A DNA stretch of 59,720 bases, filler included, from Basidiobolus ranarum (lineage: Eukaryota), in assembly GCA_040143965.1 (NCBI GenBank). It is 2 parts of 2 records of this genome, joined end to end, with 100 filler letters (N's around TTAATTAATTAA, not from the genome) between each part and the next. Parts side by side here need not be neighbours in the genome. Positions count along the whole stretch, not along the records: positions 1 to 29,891 come from JASJQH010000102.1; 1 more part is not named here. One strand, written 5' to 3'. Position 1 is the first letter of the stretch, and every line of letters begins with the position of its first letter. The notes below the pieces were generated by a model that did no database searches, was not told the origin of the DNA, and saw only the letters and a list, made by a program, of their open reading frames with translations. The translations under genes and the position numbers were made by a program. Shown one piece after another: positions 1-13,115 of this stretch.

Positions 1-373
1 CCTCTCGTTTCTCTAATAAATATACACTTGTTTATAGAGGATCCTAGAAGTATTGTCTGAATAATGTATTTAAATAGGTTTATATCCGAAACAATTACAT
101 GAATTCCGAAATACGAACTGACTGTAGATCCTAGAGAGAGTTCATATGAAGTAGAAGGAATAAGTCACACTAAGAATATTCTAAGCAAAAAGGAGTAACT
201 TGATAAAAGGAAATGCTTTTGTTCTTTATGTATAAAATATATCTAAATAACCGACTGTTCTATACAAATTTCAAAAGAAAACAACTATATTTTAACAATT
301 TGTTCAAAACAGAGATCAGAAGTAATTTCAGCACTGAACAGTTTAGTTTAAGACTTCTAAACATCGAACAGGC

Positions 374-1503
374 CTATTCATTCGAAGTAGGAGCGACAGA
401 TTCGTTGTTGTGGTCATCTTCATTAGGTATTTCCGAGTGTATTTCACTTCGTGACACTTTCACAAGGATTTCACGGTCCTCGGCATGTAGATTCCCATTG
501 TTCGAGATAGCTCGTTGTTGCTCGCTTTCATCTGCAAATTCAACAAAACCAAAGCCTTTAGAGCGACCAGATTTCATGCACGCGACATGAGACGAAACAA
601 TATTATATCCTTGGAAGAGAGTTTTGAGCTCGTCATTACCAAATGAATAAGGTAAATTGCTAACAAACACGGTGGTCTTTGAGGGCTCTCCTAGATGTGA
701 TGGAGGAGCATGTCCTCCACGACCACGACTAAATCTGCGGCCTCTAAAGCCACGCTCTCCGCGTCCACGGCCTCTTCCACGATGATATTCATGAGAAGTA
801 TTATCAATGGCTTCGCTATGACCGATTTCTTCATTGTAGTCCTCGGGTTGGGCTTCGACGTGATTCTTATTATCCACTTCATCGCATTCTTCGTTGGAGA
901 ATCTACGGCGGTTTGTCTTAATCGAGCAAATAAATTAGATTGAAAGGACATCAATTATCTTGGAATAACCCAGCATGCTCATAATAAACCTACCTTATTA
1001 CCATGACCGCGACTACGGCCACCTCTTCCACGACCACGTTGGGTGCTTACTTGAGTTCTGTCAGTTTCCTCTTTTGGTTTAGCAACTTCCACGTTTATTT
1101 CTCTACCATCGAGCTCTTTTTTGTCTAGCTTGTTGACAGCTTCCTCAGCTTCCGTCTCACTTTCAAAAGTAACGAAGCCATATCCTAGGGAGCGAGTACC
1201 ACGGGTAATGATGTTGGTTTTCAAACTTTTTTACGGGGGGATTAAGAAAATTTAACTAAAGGAACAAATAAATAAGTGATATGGTAAAAGAAATACAAAC
1301 ACTTTGCCAGCGACAGTGAAGAACTTTTCAAGCTCTTCCTCTGTAGTTTGAAAGGAAAGATTGCCAACAAAAACCTTATGTCCATCTTCTTCTTCAGTTT
1401 TTAGATGGGTATCTTCAAGTGCTTGAGTGATATTTGAAGTCGATTCAGTCTCTTCCTTGACTCCAACATCAGGGGCAGATTGAATGGGTGTATTTTCAGT
1501 CAT
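374..1503 (-). CDS. Two-RRM, RGG-box RNA-binding protein (Sbp1-like); exons 1503-1301, 1225-994, 916-374
   Basis: RNP2/RNP1 motifs KVFVGNL...SLGYGFVTF and TVFVSNL...SKGFGFVEF, with RGRGRGG boxes between and after them; GT-AG introns join the three ORF pieces in frame. Confidence 0.9.
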
Positions 1504-2167
1504 AGTGGAGCGATAACTTTAGATAGAAGAGACACTTGTTGGTTAAATTTTTATCGAAATTGGATATGTTTGGGACAAAGAGCACCCAGAATAATTCAAT
1601 ATACAGATATGAGGACTGTAAGAGGAGGTCGCGTAAAACGAAATATAGATTGAGTTTGTGAAATAGAGTTTGACAAGTAATTGAATGCCGTCACATCACT
1701 GTTGGCTAAAGTCAGTCATCTCCCAAATTAGTACAGCCCCGGCCTCAATGGCCCATGGGCAACAAGTTCGGTGATTCCATAGATATTCTGGAATACATGA
1801 TGATGGCTTATCGTCTCCTCCACATAACATATTCCAATATACTAGAATCATAGGAGTCATTACAGAGGAGCTTTGTTCGTTCTTCTCAGACTATACATGA
1901 TGTGAGAAATCAATAGCTACACAATTGCCTCCTAGCTACAAGCAATTCATTTGAATCCACTTGCAAGTCCATCATTGAAAGCAGTGTTACAAGCCTTGAT
2001 CGTGTGAATGTACAACTAACAAAAGAGGCTTCTCATCTAGAATAAACAATTGACTTTTATCAAAGCATACAATCAATGCAGAGATATTTCTAACTAGATT
2101 ATGAAAAATAAGAATAATAAACGGACGTTTGTAACACAGCGGTAATTACATATATGAGCTCTGACTA

Positions 2168-3207
2168 TTAACGGCAGAGCCATTTTCTAATTCCCATACC
2201 AATGGTACTGCCTAGAATCAATCCTGTTCCCAATAAGGAGTATATTGTTGGGACTTCCTTGAATAGAGTAACTCCAAAGACAAAGGCAAACACAATATCA
2301 AAGTTTCTCATTAATGTGGCTGGTCCAGCTGGTGCAAGTTGTAGTCCACTGTTGAGAAGTCCTTGACCAATAAAAGCAGAACCACTGATCACAGATAAGG
2401 CCAGCCAATCATTTACAGTATTTGGGATCTTAATTGATTCGAAGAGCAAGGATATAATTAACGAGAATACGGTAGAAATTCCCCCAAAATAAACCACATG
2501 AACCATGTAATGAACTTCGCGACCCAGTTGTCGGATAGTAACAAATGCTATAGCCGAAGCGACACTACCACATAAAGTTGCTATACAGGCGATTATGCGT
2601 TGAGTTGGGTCAATATCGGATGGACCTGCTACTTTCTTGGAACCAAAAAGGAAAGCAGGTTGCGCGACAAAAATCACTCCAGTAAATGATACTATTGATG
2701 CGGCCTGATCGAAAGAGGAGTACGGCTCTTTGAGGAAAATACGAGCAAGGATGGCACTAAAAATAGGACTCACAAAAAACAAAACTGCACTATGTAAGTA
2801 AAGTGTATAAGCACTCTAGGTTTCTTTTTGCACCTCTTACCAGTGGCATCAGCAAGCGGTAACTTTGTCAAGGAATAGTAGAAGAGCGCGAGACCTACAG
2901 ACCCGGCAAGTCCGCGAACCATGAGCCCTTTCCTTAGAGAAGGCTCACCCCAAGGAAACACTCCCATATACCAACACGAAACTAAAGCAAGTGCAAATTG
3001 TATGGCACTTCTTATGAACACAATCTCCATGGGCGGAAAGTTGAAACCCATGAACTTTACAAACAAAGACATTGTGGAGAAGGCTAACGATGAAACTGCC
3101 ACTAACATGAGTCCCAGTATCACCTGTCGTGAATTACGCTCTGTAGTTTTCACGAGTAGCGGACTAGCTTCATTAGCCTCAATGTGAGGCGGTAGAGTAG
3201 ATGGCAT
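2168..3207 (-). CDS. EamA/DMT (SLC35G-like) transporter, about 10 TM; intron 2840-2785
   Basis: Two EamA repeats (EIVFIRS...RGLAG...LPLADATVLFFVSPIFSAILARIFLKEP; GLQLAPAGPATLMRNFDIVFAF); splicing joins the two ORFs in frame. Confidence 0.9.
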
Positions 3208-4747
3208 GGTATCCAATGAATAATGAGAAGTCAACAGAAATTACCCAGCAAACGTTTTGTTTATAAATGAATTTGTAAAGTTCTCAATTAATCAGCAGGA
3301 TTTGTATCAGCGGGTGTAGCATTTAACCGAAAACTCTCTCAAGCGCGGATAGGTTAATATTCCCACAAATGAGTTCGAATGTGTCAACATCTCTCATAAA
3401 CAGAAGCCGCATGCACATGGCATATCATATAAAGCATCTGTAGCTGGCACTATGATCAATACTTATGGAGTTACCCAATGATGGCAAAGGAGGGGAGAAT
3501 CGATCAAATCTAATACCTACAACCGGATTAGGCAAATATCGCTATTGATCGCTTCGCTTTAATTGTCATACCAGATGCCATTTGTTGGTGCCTTGTACTT
3601 TAACTCCTGGCATATATATATATATAACGTATAATGTTCTTGCTTGGGTTCAGAAATACCATCAGAGTGGCTGCCTCTCTGATTGGACATTGTCTTCCAG
3701 CTGCCCCTTTTCGCAATATTGAGCAGTCTTGGGGTTCAATTTGCACAACTGTCTCAAACACTGCATCAAGTGATCAGAATGTATTAAATCATTGAAGGAT
3801 TTTGAACAAGTAGCAATGTGGAATGATTACCATGATAGAAATGATGGATATTCTAGCAACTGAATAATAGCTAGTTGGGCGGATAATGAAATCAGTAGTA
3901 CAATATAGAATAGGTGCTATAATGAACAAACCTGGTGCAAGAGTGTGTATGTAATCAATACTGCGTTTGAAGCCTAAATACCGCAGTTGCTTGAAACACA
4001 CACAAATTACTATCTTTGTCTCATTATGGTAGCTCACTTTGTCAAAGAATATTGTTGTTCCAGCAGTTTCACTCTCCATTATCTGCTGTGAGTGATTTGG
4101 GAAGTATTTCTGTTGGGATGAGTGTTCTATGGCTGACCAAGTCATCGGTTGGCGAGGGAGCTTAGCCTAATTCTTTTCCAAGGAGGGTGGAGATGGCGCT
4201 GAGCTGTGGTTGTATCGAGCTCCAACGCCAGAGCAGAGAATGCTTGCCAGAGGCCAAATGGCAAATCCCGAATCTCGATTATAATCTATTTCAAAATTAC
4301 CTAAATGAAAAGTGTTCATTGTGTCTGATTTATTAAACATTATCATTTATATTCAATCAGCCTAACCACTCATTTCCCTCCCTATACTTTACGTTTAAAT
4401 TAACCTTCTTCCATTACGAAATAGGGTTCATTTGTGTGGTAATTTCATATCAGATTTGCATTTTTAATCTCTCTCCTTTCCAGCCCACTGTTACCAACAA
4501 TCCAATTAAGGGCTATATTCCCTTTTTCAGAAATCCCATTCTCTGCCTCTTCACTTTAGTTTATAATGCCCACCAGGTGCCACTTATTTGCTTAATTGCT
4601 TTCTTTGCGTTCATCACAGGATACTTTCACACTAGTGTCCGTTCCCAAGAGTCTCTTTGTTGCTTTTATCGAAGATACTGACAAAGAAACACTTAACAGT
4701 CCGAACATTGCTCACCCCCACGCGTCTCTATCAATTTATTTTCACTA

Positions 4748-6065
4748 ATGAAGTCAGCATTTGAGTGCTCCAATACACATGGTAAACCTTAGTTGAACCG
4801 TCCACAACACACCCTTGTAGATTTCTGACGTTTCTATTCAACCATAGGTTCAAAGTTAACTGACAGCAGCCCGTTGGAGGAAGTCGATGCTGCTATGCGC
4901 TGTATGTTTTCTTTACTGTTAGTAGCGGTTTTCAATGGAATCTTACCCAATATTTCATATTTTTACTTTAGCCATGGACTTCAATTACAACACTCAGTTT
5001 TACAGTTGGATCCATAACGAAAACAACGTCGATTATATTGCTTACTACATGCGAAAAATCATTTCCGACTATGAAGAAACCAATCTAAAATCCGTATATA
5101 GAGCCATCAAGTGGCTTGTAGACGAATGGTCAGTTCAAAGAACCGCAGAACTGTTGGTGAAATTATTTTATCATTGGGGAATAAATAGTTCCAAGTTCGC
5201 CCAGCTTATTGCTGAGGTGGTGGATAAGTGGAGCATTAAGCAAACGATTGAGTTGGTAGTCACACTGGTGATCGGAGAGCGGTCAAGTAAGGTTGCTCAG
5301 TTCATTAATCACCTTACAATCTCCTGGAGCACCAAATCTACCGTCGAGCTAGTGCGAAGTATTGGGATTCGACTTCGATGGAATGAGCGGTACTTCAAAC
5401 ATTTCTTATTTCAGTATGTAAGCATACGCTACGACAGTGATGCTGGCACAGTTACATCGCAAGCATTTCAGTCCAGCAACAACCACAATACTCGTATGGC
5501 CATTAACCACATTCGCCAGAGGTTTCAGGCGAGAAGAATGATCCTCCAGCAACAACACTACATCCCGTCTGATACAGAGTCACTGGATTCTTGTTTCTCG
5601 TTGGTGGAGTTTTCTACCGCGATATTCGAAAAGATAGTCTCACGATCATTGGATACCTTGGAGATACCTCTACGTAGGCCTGAGCCCAGCTCCACAATGA
5701 GCCATCTCAAAAGCAAAAATATGAAGTATCCGTACCACAACCGTCACTTGACACGGCTACCGTTCTATCCCAATTTGGATAAACGCGAGCAAGGGGCTGG
5801 GCCTCATGTACGGTCGCTTTATGAGAATACCATCCATTCTCATGAATATGCCCTACAAAGTCAGCATGCACCAGAGCAATACGAACACTATTCGCATTAC
5901 TATGCAAATTATTCAGGAGCCTCAACATCCTCTTCTCCGTCGCCTTCGTCGTCTGCTTCATCTTCTTCGACCTCATTGCTGGAGAAGCTTTCTTCTCCTC
6001 AGCAAATAGCTGAGGTGATAGTAGCGCCTGTCACCTTTGATGAAGTGGACCAGAACTCGATGTAA
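4748..6065 (+). CDS. Uncharacterised protein with Trp-containing helical repeats and a low-complexity C-terminus; exons 4748-4781, 4848-4902, 4971-6065
   Basis: Spliced N-terminus MKSAFECSNTHGSKLTDSSPLEEVDAAMRSMDFNY joins the 376-aa ORF through canonical GT-AG introns. Confidence 0.75.
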
Positions 6066-6458
6066 TATAAAACAACCCCTTAATTGATGTTATTTGGATA
6101 TGATTCACTCATCCGTAACATTGTTTTGCTAAACAAGAGTTGGATCCAAGCCTCCCCCACTGTGTTAAAAGATAATCCCATCAGTGGATGTACAGTATAT
6201 TTCACTAGATCCAATAAAAATCCTTTCTTCCGTCATATCTTTTAGTACAAAGTTTCATTTTGTGAACTGAATTCTCTTTGATATCTCTAATGGTATCACT
6301 CGATATGCTTTGTTGAAGGAAAGATCCTTATTTTGCGATAATGAATATGTTCTCGCCACTAAGCCACTTTTTGTATGGAATCTTGTTGAATTTATTTGAA
6401 GTTCTAATATTTCACGCACATGTTCGCGTTCACGTACTACCAAAAGTTAACATAAATA

Positions 6459-6809
6459 TGTTGAAGGGATGACTCAATCTTGCCGTGGGACTTTTTTCTT
6501 AGCTGAAAGGTTTCCCTTTGTCACAGCATCGTTTGTCCAACTCATTGAAAGGCAAATAGTAACCAGTAGATAGGGTCACCAGAGCCAGGATGGTTAGGCT
6601 AGCAAGATAGATACGGATGCTCTGAGCGTTCATTGTGTACGCCTGTCTTTAAGGTGAAAGTGACTAGTCAGTGGGAGGTAGTACGAGTGTACACAGGTAT
6701 CGTGGTATACTTGGAGCACAAGTAGCACGGATTTATACACATTGAGTGTATGCACCTTGATAGTGAGCCGTTGAGTGCTCAAAGCTCCGCTATAGGGGGC
6801 CACTCATCA
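6459..6809. mobile_element. Possible solo LTR (351 bp)
   Basis: TGTTGA...TCATCA termini; flanking 5-mers AAATA/AACTA match 4/5 like a target-site duplication; GC-richer than flanks; TATAAAT on the minus strand at about 6730. Confidence 0.35.
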
Positions 6810-7076
6810 AACTAATTTTGGCAACTGCTGTCAAATTCAACTAGATTCAAGTGGAGGTTTTTATGGATAATTCAATGAAATCAAATCCGCAAGTGAATTA
6901 TTGGATACATCTACCAGCAACAAAATGGGATAGGAAGAATTCATAGCATGTCACTTGTGCAGATGCTCATGTTAATAGTTGAGCATTAGGCTTAATGAAG
7001 TAGGCTGTCGAAGTATTACTTCTGTACGGTAATACAGCTACTGAATTACATTACTTGCCCCTTTCCAAAGAATGGG

Positions 7077-7158
7077 TATTGCGTTTTATTATCTAAGCTG
7101 ATTCTGTCGATATTCTAGGATATTGCGCTTTATTATCTAAGCTGATCCCGTCGATATT
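7077..7158. repeat. Two-copy direct repeat, 44-bp period
   Basis: tattgcgttttattatctaagctgattctgtcgatatt at 7077 and tattgcgctttattatctaagctgatcccgtcgatatt at 7121. Confidence 0.85.
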
Positions 7159-7453
7159 TCATGTCCACTTGCTTACATACTCCTCTTCATCTGTTCTTAG
7201 CAGCAAGCGTTCCACATTCCCCACCTCTTCTGACCACTTATTTTTTAACCCCATTTGATTTGTTAGGCAATGATTTGGAACTGAATCGAGTAATCATGAC
7301 CTTTTCGATCGAGGGCGATTGCGGGTTCGAGTGTGGGTGCGGGGTTAGAGATTGGACGAAATTCGTGTAATACACATGGATTTTTTAATGATAAGAATTA
7401 GATTTTGTAAGATTCTTCGGTTTACATCTTTACTTTGTTATAACAGGGGCGAA

Positions 7454-9539
7454 ATGTCTTCCAGTAGAGTATTAAATCTGAGGGGGTTAAGTTTAAAGCG
7501 TGACTTCTTATGGAAGGAGCCAAATTGGTCTCTTACTATAAATTCTGGTCGAAAATTTCATAAAACTTCTTTTAGACATTTTTCTACTGAAATTCAATCC
7601 AAACCTTCTGCTCTATCGAAACTCGGCAAAACCACTTTAAAAATTACCGCAATCACTACTGTTGGTGGTATTGCTTATCACTATTACGACCCAGCTCGTT
7701 ACCTTACCGACGGTATTGTAAGATGTGCTCGCTCTGGGTGGGTTGGGGCTAAAGTTATTGCGGATTATAAGTGGACTCTAAGACACGAACCTGTCACTCC
7801 CGAAGAGGAAGTCCAACATAAAACCTTAAAATCGCAAGTTCATAAGAGATCAGCGGAGAAAATACTGGAGGTATTGAAAAAGAATGCTGGAATTTATATT
7901 AAGCTGGTAAGTAAACTACTACAACTTATATTTCGGTTTTGTTTCGATTACTAAGCTAATCTCTAACGTAGGGTCAACATATAGCTGCCATGTCTTATAT
8001 ATTACCCGATGAATGGACGGAAACCATGGCACCTCTTCAAGACCGTTGTCCCGTAACCTCCATGGAGGACATTGACGAACTGTTTAAAGTAGATACTGGT
8101 CACTCACTCAGCGAGCTCTTTTCCGACTTCAATCCTATTCCCATTGGAGTAGCCTCACTCGCACAAGTTCACCGAGCTACATTGCGAGAAACTGGTCAAG
8201 AAGTTGCGGTTAAAGTACAACACCCATACCTTGATGATTATTCTAAGATAGACATAGCCACGGTTACATTTGTCACCAAGTTAGTGAAGTGGGCTATACC
8301 AGAATTCGAATTCTCCTGGTTAGCACAAGAGATGTCGGAAAGTTTACCGATAGAGTTGAACTTCATTTATGAAATGGAAAATGCTAGGAAAGTTGAGCGG
8401 AATTTCTCCAAAATACCCAACACCACTCTTAAAATCCCGGAGGTGTATTGGGCACAGCGAAGAATCTTGTGCATGGAATGTAATATCATTCAAGAGAACT
8501 CTCGACTATTTGACTTGTTCTAATGAAAATCTCTGTATTGGTTTATTATAGTTATTGACGGGACTAGGATTGATGATCTTGCTTTCATGAAACTCCACAA
8601 AATCAACCCGAACGATGTTTCCACCGAGCTCACCAGGATATTTTCGGAGATGATCTTCATTCAAGGGTAAGACTTCTTGTTTTGTAATCACCGCACTCGT
8701 ATCTAACTAATTGATGAATATTTTGGAATATGGAATTAGTTGGGTTCATTGTGATCCTCGTAAGTAAAGTTCATTAGGATTTGTTTATTTCATAGTCTAT
8801 ACCAATATCCTATCACTCCCTCTAACTGTCTATTTGTCTAAACCTAGACCCTGGAAATATCTTCATTCGTACCAAACCTAAAAACTCTAGATCCCCCAGG
8901 AATTTCGAGATTGTGCTGCTTGATCATGGTCTTTACAGACCATTAAGCCGAGAGTTCCGTCTTAATTACGCGCACCTTTGGAGTGGATTGATCTCCAGAG
9001 ATGAAGAAGCCATTCGAACCTACAGTAACCGAGTTGGTGGTACCAATGCATACAAACTTTTCTCTAGCATTCTGACTGGACGTGAATGGAACATTGTAAG
9101 TGAAGATCTTTCACAAAAGCGCACAAAGGAGGAGATGCTGAGAATACAAGAGAGTGTGATGGAGCATCTTCTTGGAGAAATCGTTGGCTTGTTAGCGAAA
9201 ATCCCCAGAATTGTTTTATTACTAATTAAAACGAACGATTTGTTAAGATCAGTGGACGAGGCACTCCATACCACCCATAGTGAACGTCTTACCTACGTGA
9301 TCATGGGACGTTATTGTGCAAATGCGATTCGAAAGGAGTGCCAAGAGTCGACCGAAAATAGCCCTAGCCAGCATATGATAAGTATTAGTAATATGTGGCA
9401 CTGGTGTAAATGTTACATCCGTTTCTTGAAGATGGATATACCTTTAGGAGTTTACGAAACATGGTTACATTTATCTGGTACCTTTAAAATATGGTGGGAA
9501 AAGTTCCGTCTCGGAAAGAATTTAATCGCCCACTCATGA
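7454..9539 (+). CDS. ABC1/UbiB atypical kinase (ADCK1/Mcp2-like), probably mitochondrial; 5 exons including a 20-nt microexon at 8740-8759
   Basis: GIYIKL|GQH (KxGQ motif), ASLAQVH, VAVKVQHP, spliced WVHCDPHPGN and LLDHGLY; Arg/Ser-rich presequence. Confidence 0.92.
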
Positions 9540-10189
9540 AGAACCTTCCACTTTCATTCCCATGCATTTGTTACCACCACTTCATATTCACATTCTTCCT
9601 TATAAGTAACTGGCATATTGTTTTCCATAGATATATTGCATTTTCCCTTTTCAGCCCTCCTCACTTGATTGATATTTCCCTGCTCAGCAAGCTACTTCAT
9701 TCGGAAAGTGCGACCACATATACAGCTCACAATGTCTATATGTAGAAGCTTTTTATTGTGAAGAGAACAAGAACCCATAACGTTGATAGGAGAAAACCAT
9801 TGGAAAAGTATGAGCAAGAAAATAATAAAATCTAAGGTACGAAGAGAAGGAATGTATGTTACAGATTCAAGAAAGCCCATTCCCCCAGCGATACCCTGCC
9901 ACTACCCATCTAATCCTATCAGATATGGTTGGAAATGTACACCTCGCTGCGCTTTGTAAACATCAAAGTACTCAGACGAATCTTTTTCATGATATAAGTG
10001 TGAAGGGACTTTGGTAAAAGATTACCCTCATATATATATATACAGAGTATTATATATGTATGTATTATGAAGGATGAACAAAAAATATATATGTGAATGT
10101 GTGTAAAGGAGGCAAAGGACAAGTGAATGTGACAAATATGCATGATGGATGGGGATGGGGATGGGGATGGTTTAGGAGTAATGAGAAGA

Positions 10190-11587
10190 TTATCGCCTCT
10201 GTAGATACTTGTATTCCAAATCCTTTAAACGAATCTCTTTATCGAGTTCGAGCTCTTTCAATCGAATTTCTCGATCAAATTCCAATTGCTTTAATCGAAC
10301 TTCTCGATCGATTTCTAGGGATTTCTCTTTCATTTGTAGTTCTTTTTCTTTGATCGCTAGCATTTGGCTTCGTATCTCTGGATCTGGATGTCGAAGAATC
10401 TCTTCTAATTCTAAAGGAATCGTGGATACAACTCCGTTATTCGAATGTTCTTCAAACCGAGGTCGTTTGGGGTTCCGAGGCTCAACCTCATGATAAGGTG
10501 AAGTGTGAAGGGGTTCCATGTCAAGCGTAGAATTGACACTGGGTTTCTCGACACGTGGTACAATATTATTCAATGGAAATTGATTAAATAGCGGTAGATT
10601 GCTACTGTTACCATCCAATAACATGGGAGGTTTGGGAATGGGCGTAGTACTGACATCCTCCTGAGGGTTAGAGTCAATGTTGGAACTATTACTGTCACTA
10701 TCTGAAGCACCACCATCCGTATTAGATCGGAATATACGATCTAGTTGTTTGAAATAAACCCAAGTAATAGCTCCATTATTACTAGGAATGGGACTTTTAC
10801 GAATATCATGATATCTGCGTACCATCTTTTTCAACTTGTTATTGATTTGTAGGGAAGTGACTCCAGGTAAAAGTTGGGCCGCTTTTTCATAGAAATCCGT
10901 TTTTTTTCGTGAATATAAGTCCAAGTGTTTCTCAAGACAATCCAGTAGTCTTTGTGTTTCCGTATGGGTCCAAATAAATACATCAGTACTACGTCTACCA
11001 GCGTTAAAGAATGCCATCACTTTTTCACGTGTGTCGTTACCCCCTCCATTAAGGTTCGGAGTAAGGGGTGAAGTTTGAAGGGTTGAGTTTGTAGCAGTAG
11101 TTGTTGGCTGGATATGGGGAAGAACTCCAGTTCCAGAAGGTGGAGAGAGTGGAACACCAAGACCCACCTCCGTAGCTACCGATTGGGTGAATTCGTCAGG
11201 ACCAAAGTGTGAACGTAAAATCCGGTCGATTTTCTCATAATATCTCCAAGGGTTATAATATTCTGGACCTGCTTGACCTGCTTCCTTTAATATAGTTCTA
11301 TATCTAAGAAAGAGTTTTTTAAACTTATTCTTTATCTGCATTGGACTAATCCCTTCAAATAGTTCCGAAGCTTTGTTATAAAAATCCGATTTTTTTTCCC
11401 TGTAATCCCCGAAATTCTCATTAAGAAAATCCAATAGTTTCTCCACGTCGGAGTCACTCCAACTGATAGGATGATTCTTTTGTGGTAAAAAGTTGGCGTT
11501 CATTCTGTTATCACCTTCAGTTTCGTGGGAAGAGCTCACCTGGTTAGTAATAATGGTGGGAGTTTGGGGAGTGGGCTCCTTCAGCAT
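10190..11587 (-). CDS. Intronless protein with two Myb/SANT-like (trihelix) DNA-binding domains and a C-terminal coiled coil
   Basis: Two copies of W[ST]xx[DE]xxxLL...FYxKA...QIxNKxKKxxxRY...WxY[YF]xx[IL]DRI; an NLS-like PKRPR; an E/K/R-rich tail; first ATG at 11587. Confidence 0.85.
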   Translation of the reverse strand: MLKEPTPQTPTIITNQVSSSHETEGDNRMNANFLPQKNHPISWSDSDVEKLLDFLNENFGDYREKKSDFYNKASELFEGISPMQIKNKFKKLFLRYRTILKEAGQAGPEYYNPWRYYEKIDRILRSHFGPDEFTQSVATEVGLGVPLSPPSGTGVLPHIQPTTTATNSTLQTSPLTPNLNGGGNDTREKVMAFFNAGRRSTDVFIWTHTETQRLLDCLEKHLDLYSRKKTDFYEKAAQLLPGVTSLQINNKLKKMVRRYHDIRKSPIPSNNGAITWVYFKQLDRIFRSNTDGGASDSDSNSSNIDSNPQEDVSTTPIPKPPMLLDGNSSNLPLFNQFPLNNIVPRVEKPSVNSTLDMEPLHTSPYHEVEPRNPKRPRFEEHSNNGVVSTIPLELEEILRHPDPEIRSQMLAIKEKELQMKEKSLEIDREVRLKQLEFDREIRLKELELDKEIRLKDLEYKYLQRR

Positions 11588-12193
11588 AACTATGACAATA
11601 GATAGAGGTACTATGGGACTAGCTCCGTACGTCCAAGACAAGAAGGGACACTCACTAAAGAAAAAAAGTGCAGTAAAATGAGAAAAATGAAATAATTCTT
11701 TCCAGTATGGGTCCGAACTGATCCAACCAAATCAGTCCACTTATTCTGAATCTCATCATCCTTGATTTCCTTAATTTATGTAGAATGGTGTAGATTTGAT
11801 TGGTTATTCTGTAAATGGCTTTAACCTTTTTCTACTGATTTCGTGTTCCCTTAGTCAGAACTTTGGTTGATCTTTTTAACTTCAAACTCATTTAAGTCAG
11901 AACCGAGCTAGAATCAGAATGGAACATGTACAAGGAGATGTGCGACTGCTTATGCGGATAAATCTACCACTCTGTGTCACGTGTCCTCGGATGAAACTTA
12001 CATGTGTCTATATGCATCACATTATGATCTGGTTAGAATTGGATTAGCAATCAATGTGTAATAATATTAAGCTTGTAATGCAAGGACGGTGATGGTTTCA
12101 TTGGAGATTTTATAAAGCTGATATCAGGGGAGGGGCAAGAGCAAGGGAGTAGGAATGAGAATGGGTGGATTATATTGTATACAAGTGGAATAA

Positions 12194-13115
12194 TTATATT
12201 TGCTTTTCATGGTGTTTACGCCTTAGATAGCTACTTAGATTTCCGACTATAACTACTGTCCAAGCAGTATTCAGGAATCCTAGAGCCAATATGTTGAAGG
12301 TACAAGATAGTGAGACGATCCAAGGAAGATCAGTGAATTTAACTACAAAGGTAGATATCTTCTCTTTTATATGCAAACCAGAGACGGCCAATAGGGTATT
12401 ATTTGTAGTGGTGGCGGCGGCCATGCCAGAGACCACTGTGTTAATTGGGATCAATCCTTGGTTATCGATAGCATACCAGAAAACAAACGGAGCGATGGGG
12501 AGTCGAATCAGTACAAATGCAGCGGCACGAGCGATCAAGGCCATGGTGTAGAGCTTCGTGTCCTTCATTTGTAATCTTTGTAAGTACCAAACCAAATTTG
12601 TAGGTATCACGGTGATTTCAGTAACACAGAAGATGGTGGGGAAAAAAGCAGCTTGTCGATAGTACATCTCCATAATGCATCCAAACCCAACCACTATGTG
12701 ATGTATCCAAATGGTAGGTTCCTCGTTCGTTTTCATGAACATCACAAAAGAGTCATATATGGTATAGCCTAACAATCCGGCAAATAAGACATCCAAGGCC
12801 GGAGGATAGTGAGTGAATATATCATTGTCAAACACTCGAGCAATAAAAACAAGATAGAATGAAAAAAGCCCGACAAGTAAACTGTTCACGCACGATGGAA
12901 ACCTATCAGAAAGTGTACATTCCATATTAGCATGACTGTTGACAGGAGTGAACTTGGAGAACAGTCACTTACTTTTCGGCAAGATCTATACGGTCATTTT
13001 TGGATAGCTTAGATACTATCTCTTGATCGAATCTAGGTACGATGAGCTTTTCGGATACAAGATGAAGAAGAGAATAGAAGCCCGTGGAGAGCCCCACAGT
13101 CAATAAAGTGGACAT
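12194..13115 (-). CDS. TLC-domain membrane protein (TMEM56/TLCD4-like); intron 12972-12903
   Basis: GYTIYD, IWIHH, TEITVIPTNLVW, FVLIRL and LNTAW motifs; exon 1 MSTLLTVGL...DLAEK splices in frame; TATAAATA upstream. Confidence 0.88.

Noticed and set aside
3789-4681. 118-aa and 81-aa ORFs in the EamA intergenic region
   Set aside because: No domain or splice support; probably promoter or UTR sequence
10146-10170. (GGGGAT)n tract as a G-quadruplex
   Set aside because: Only three full G-runs, and it is C-rich on the likely transcript; treated as a microsatellite
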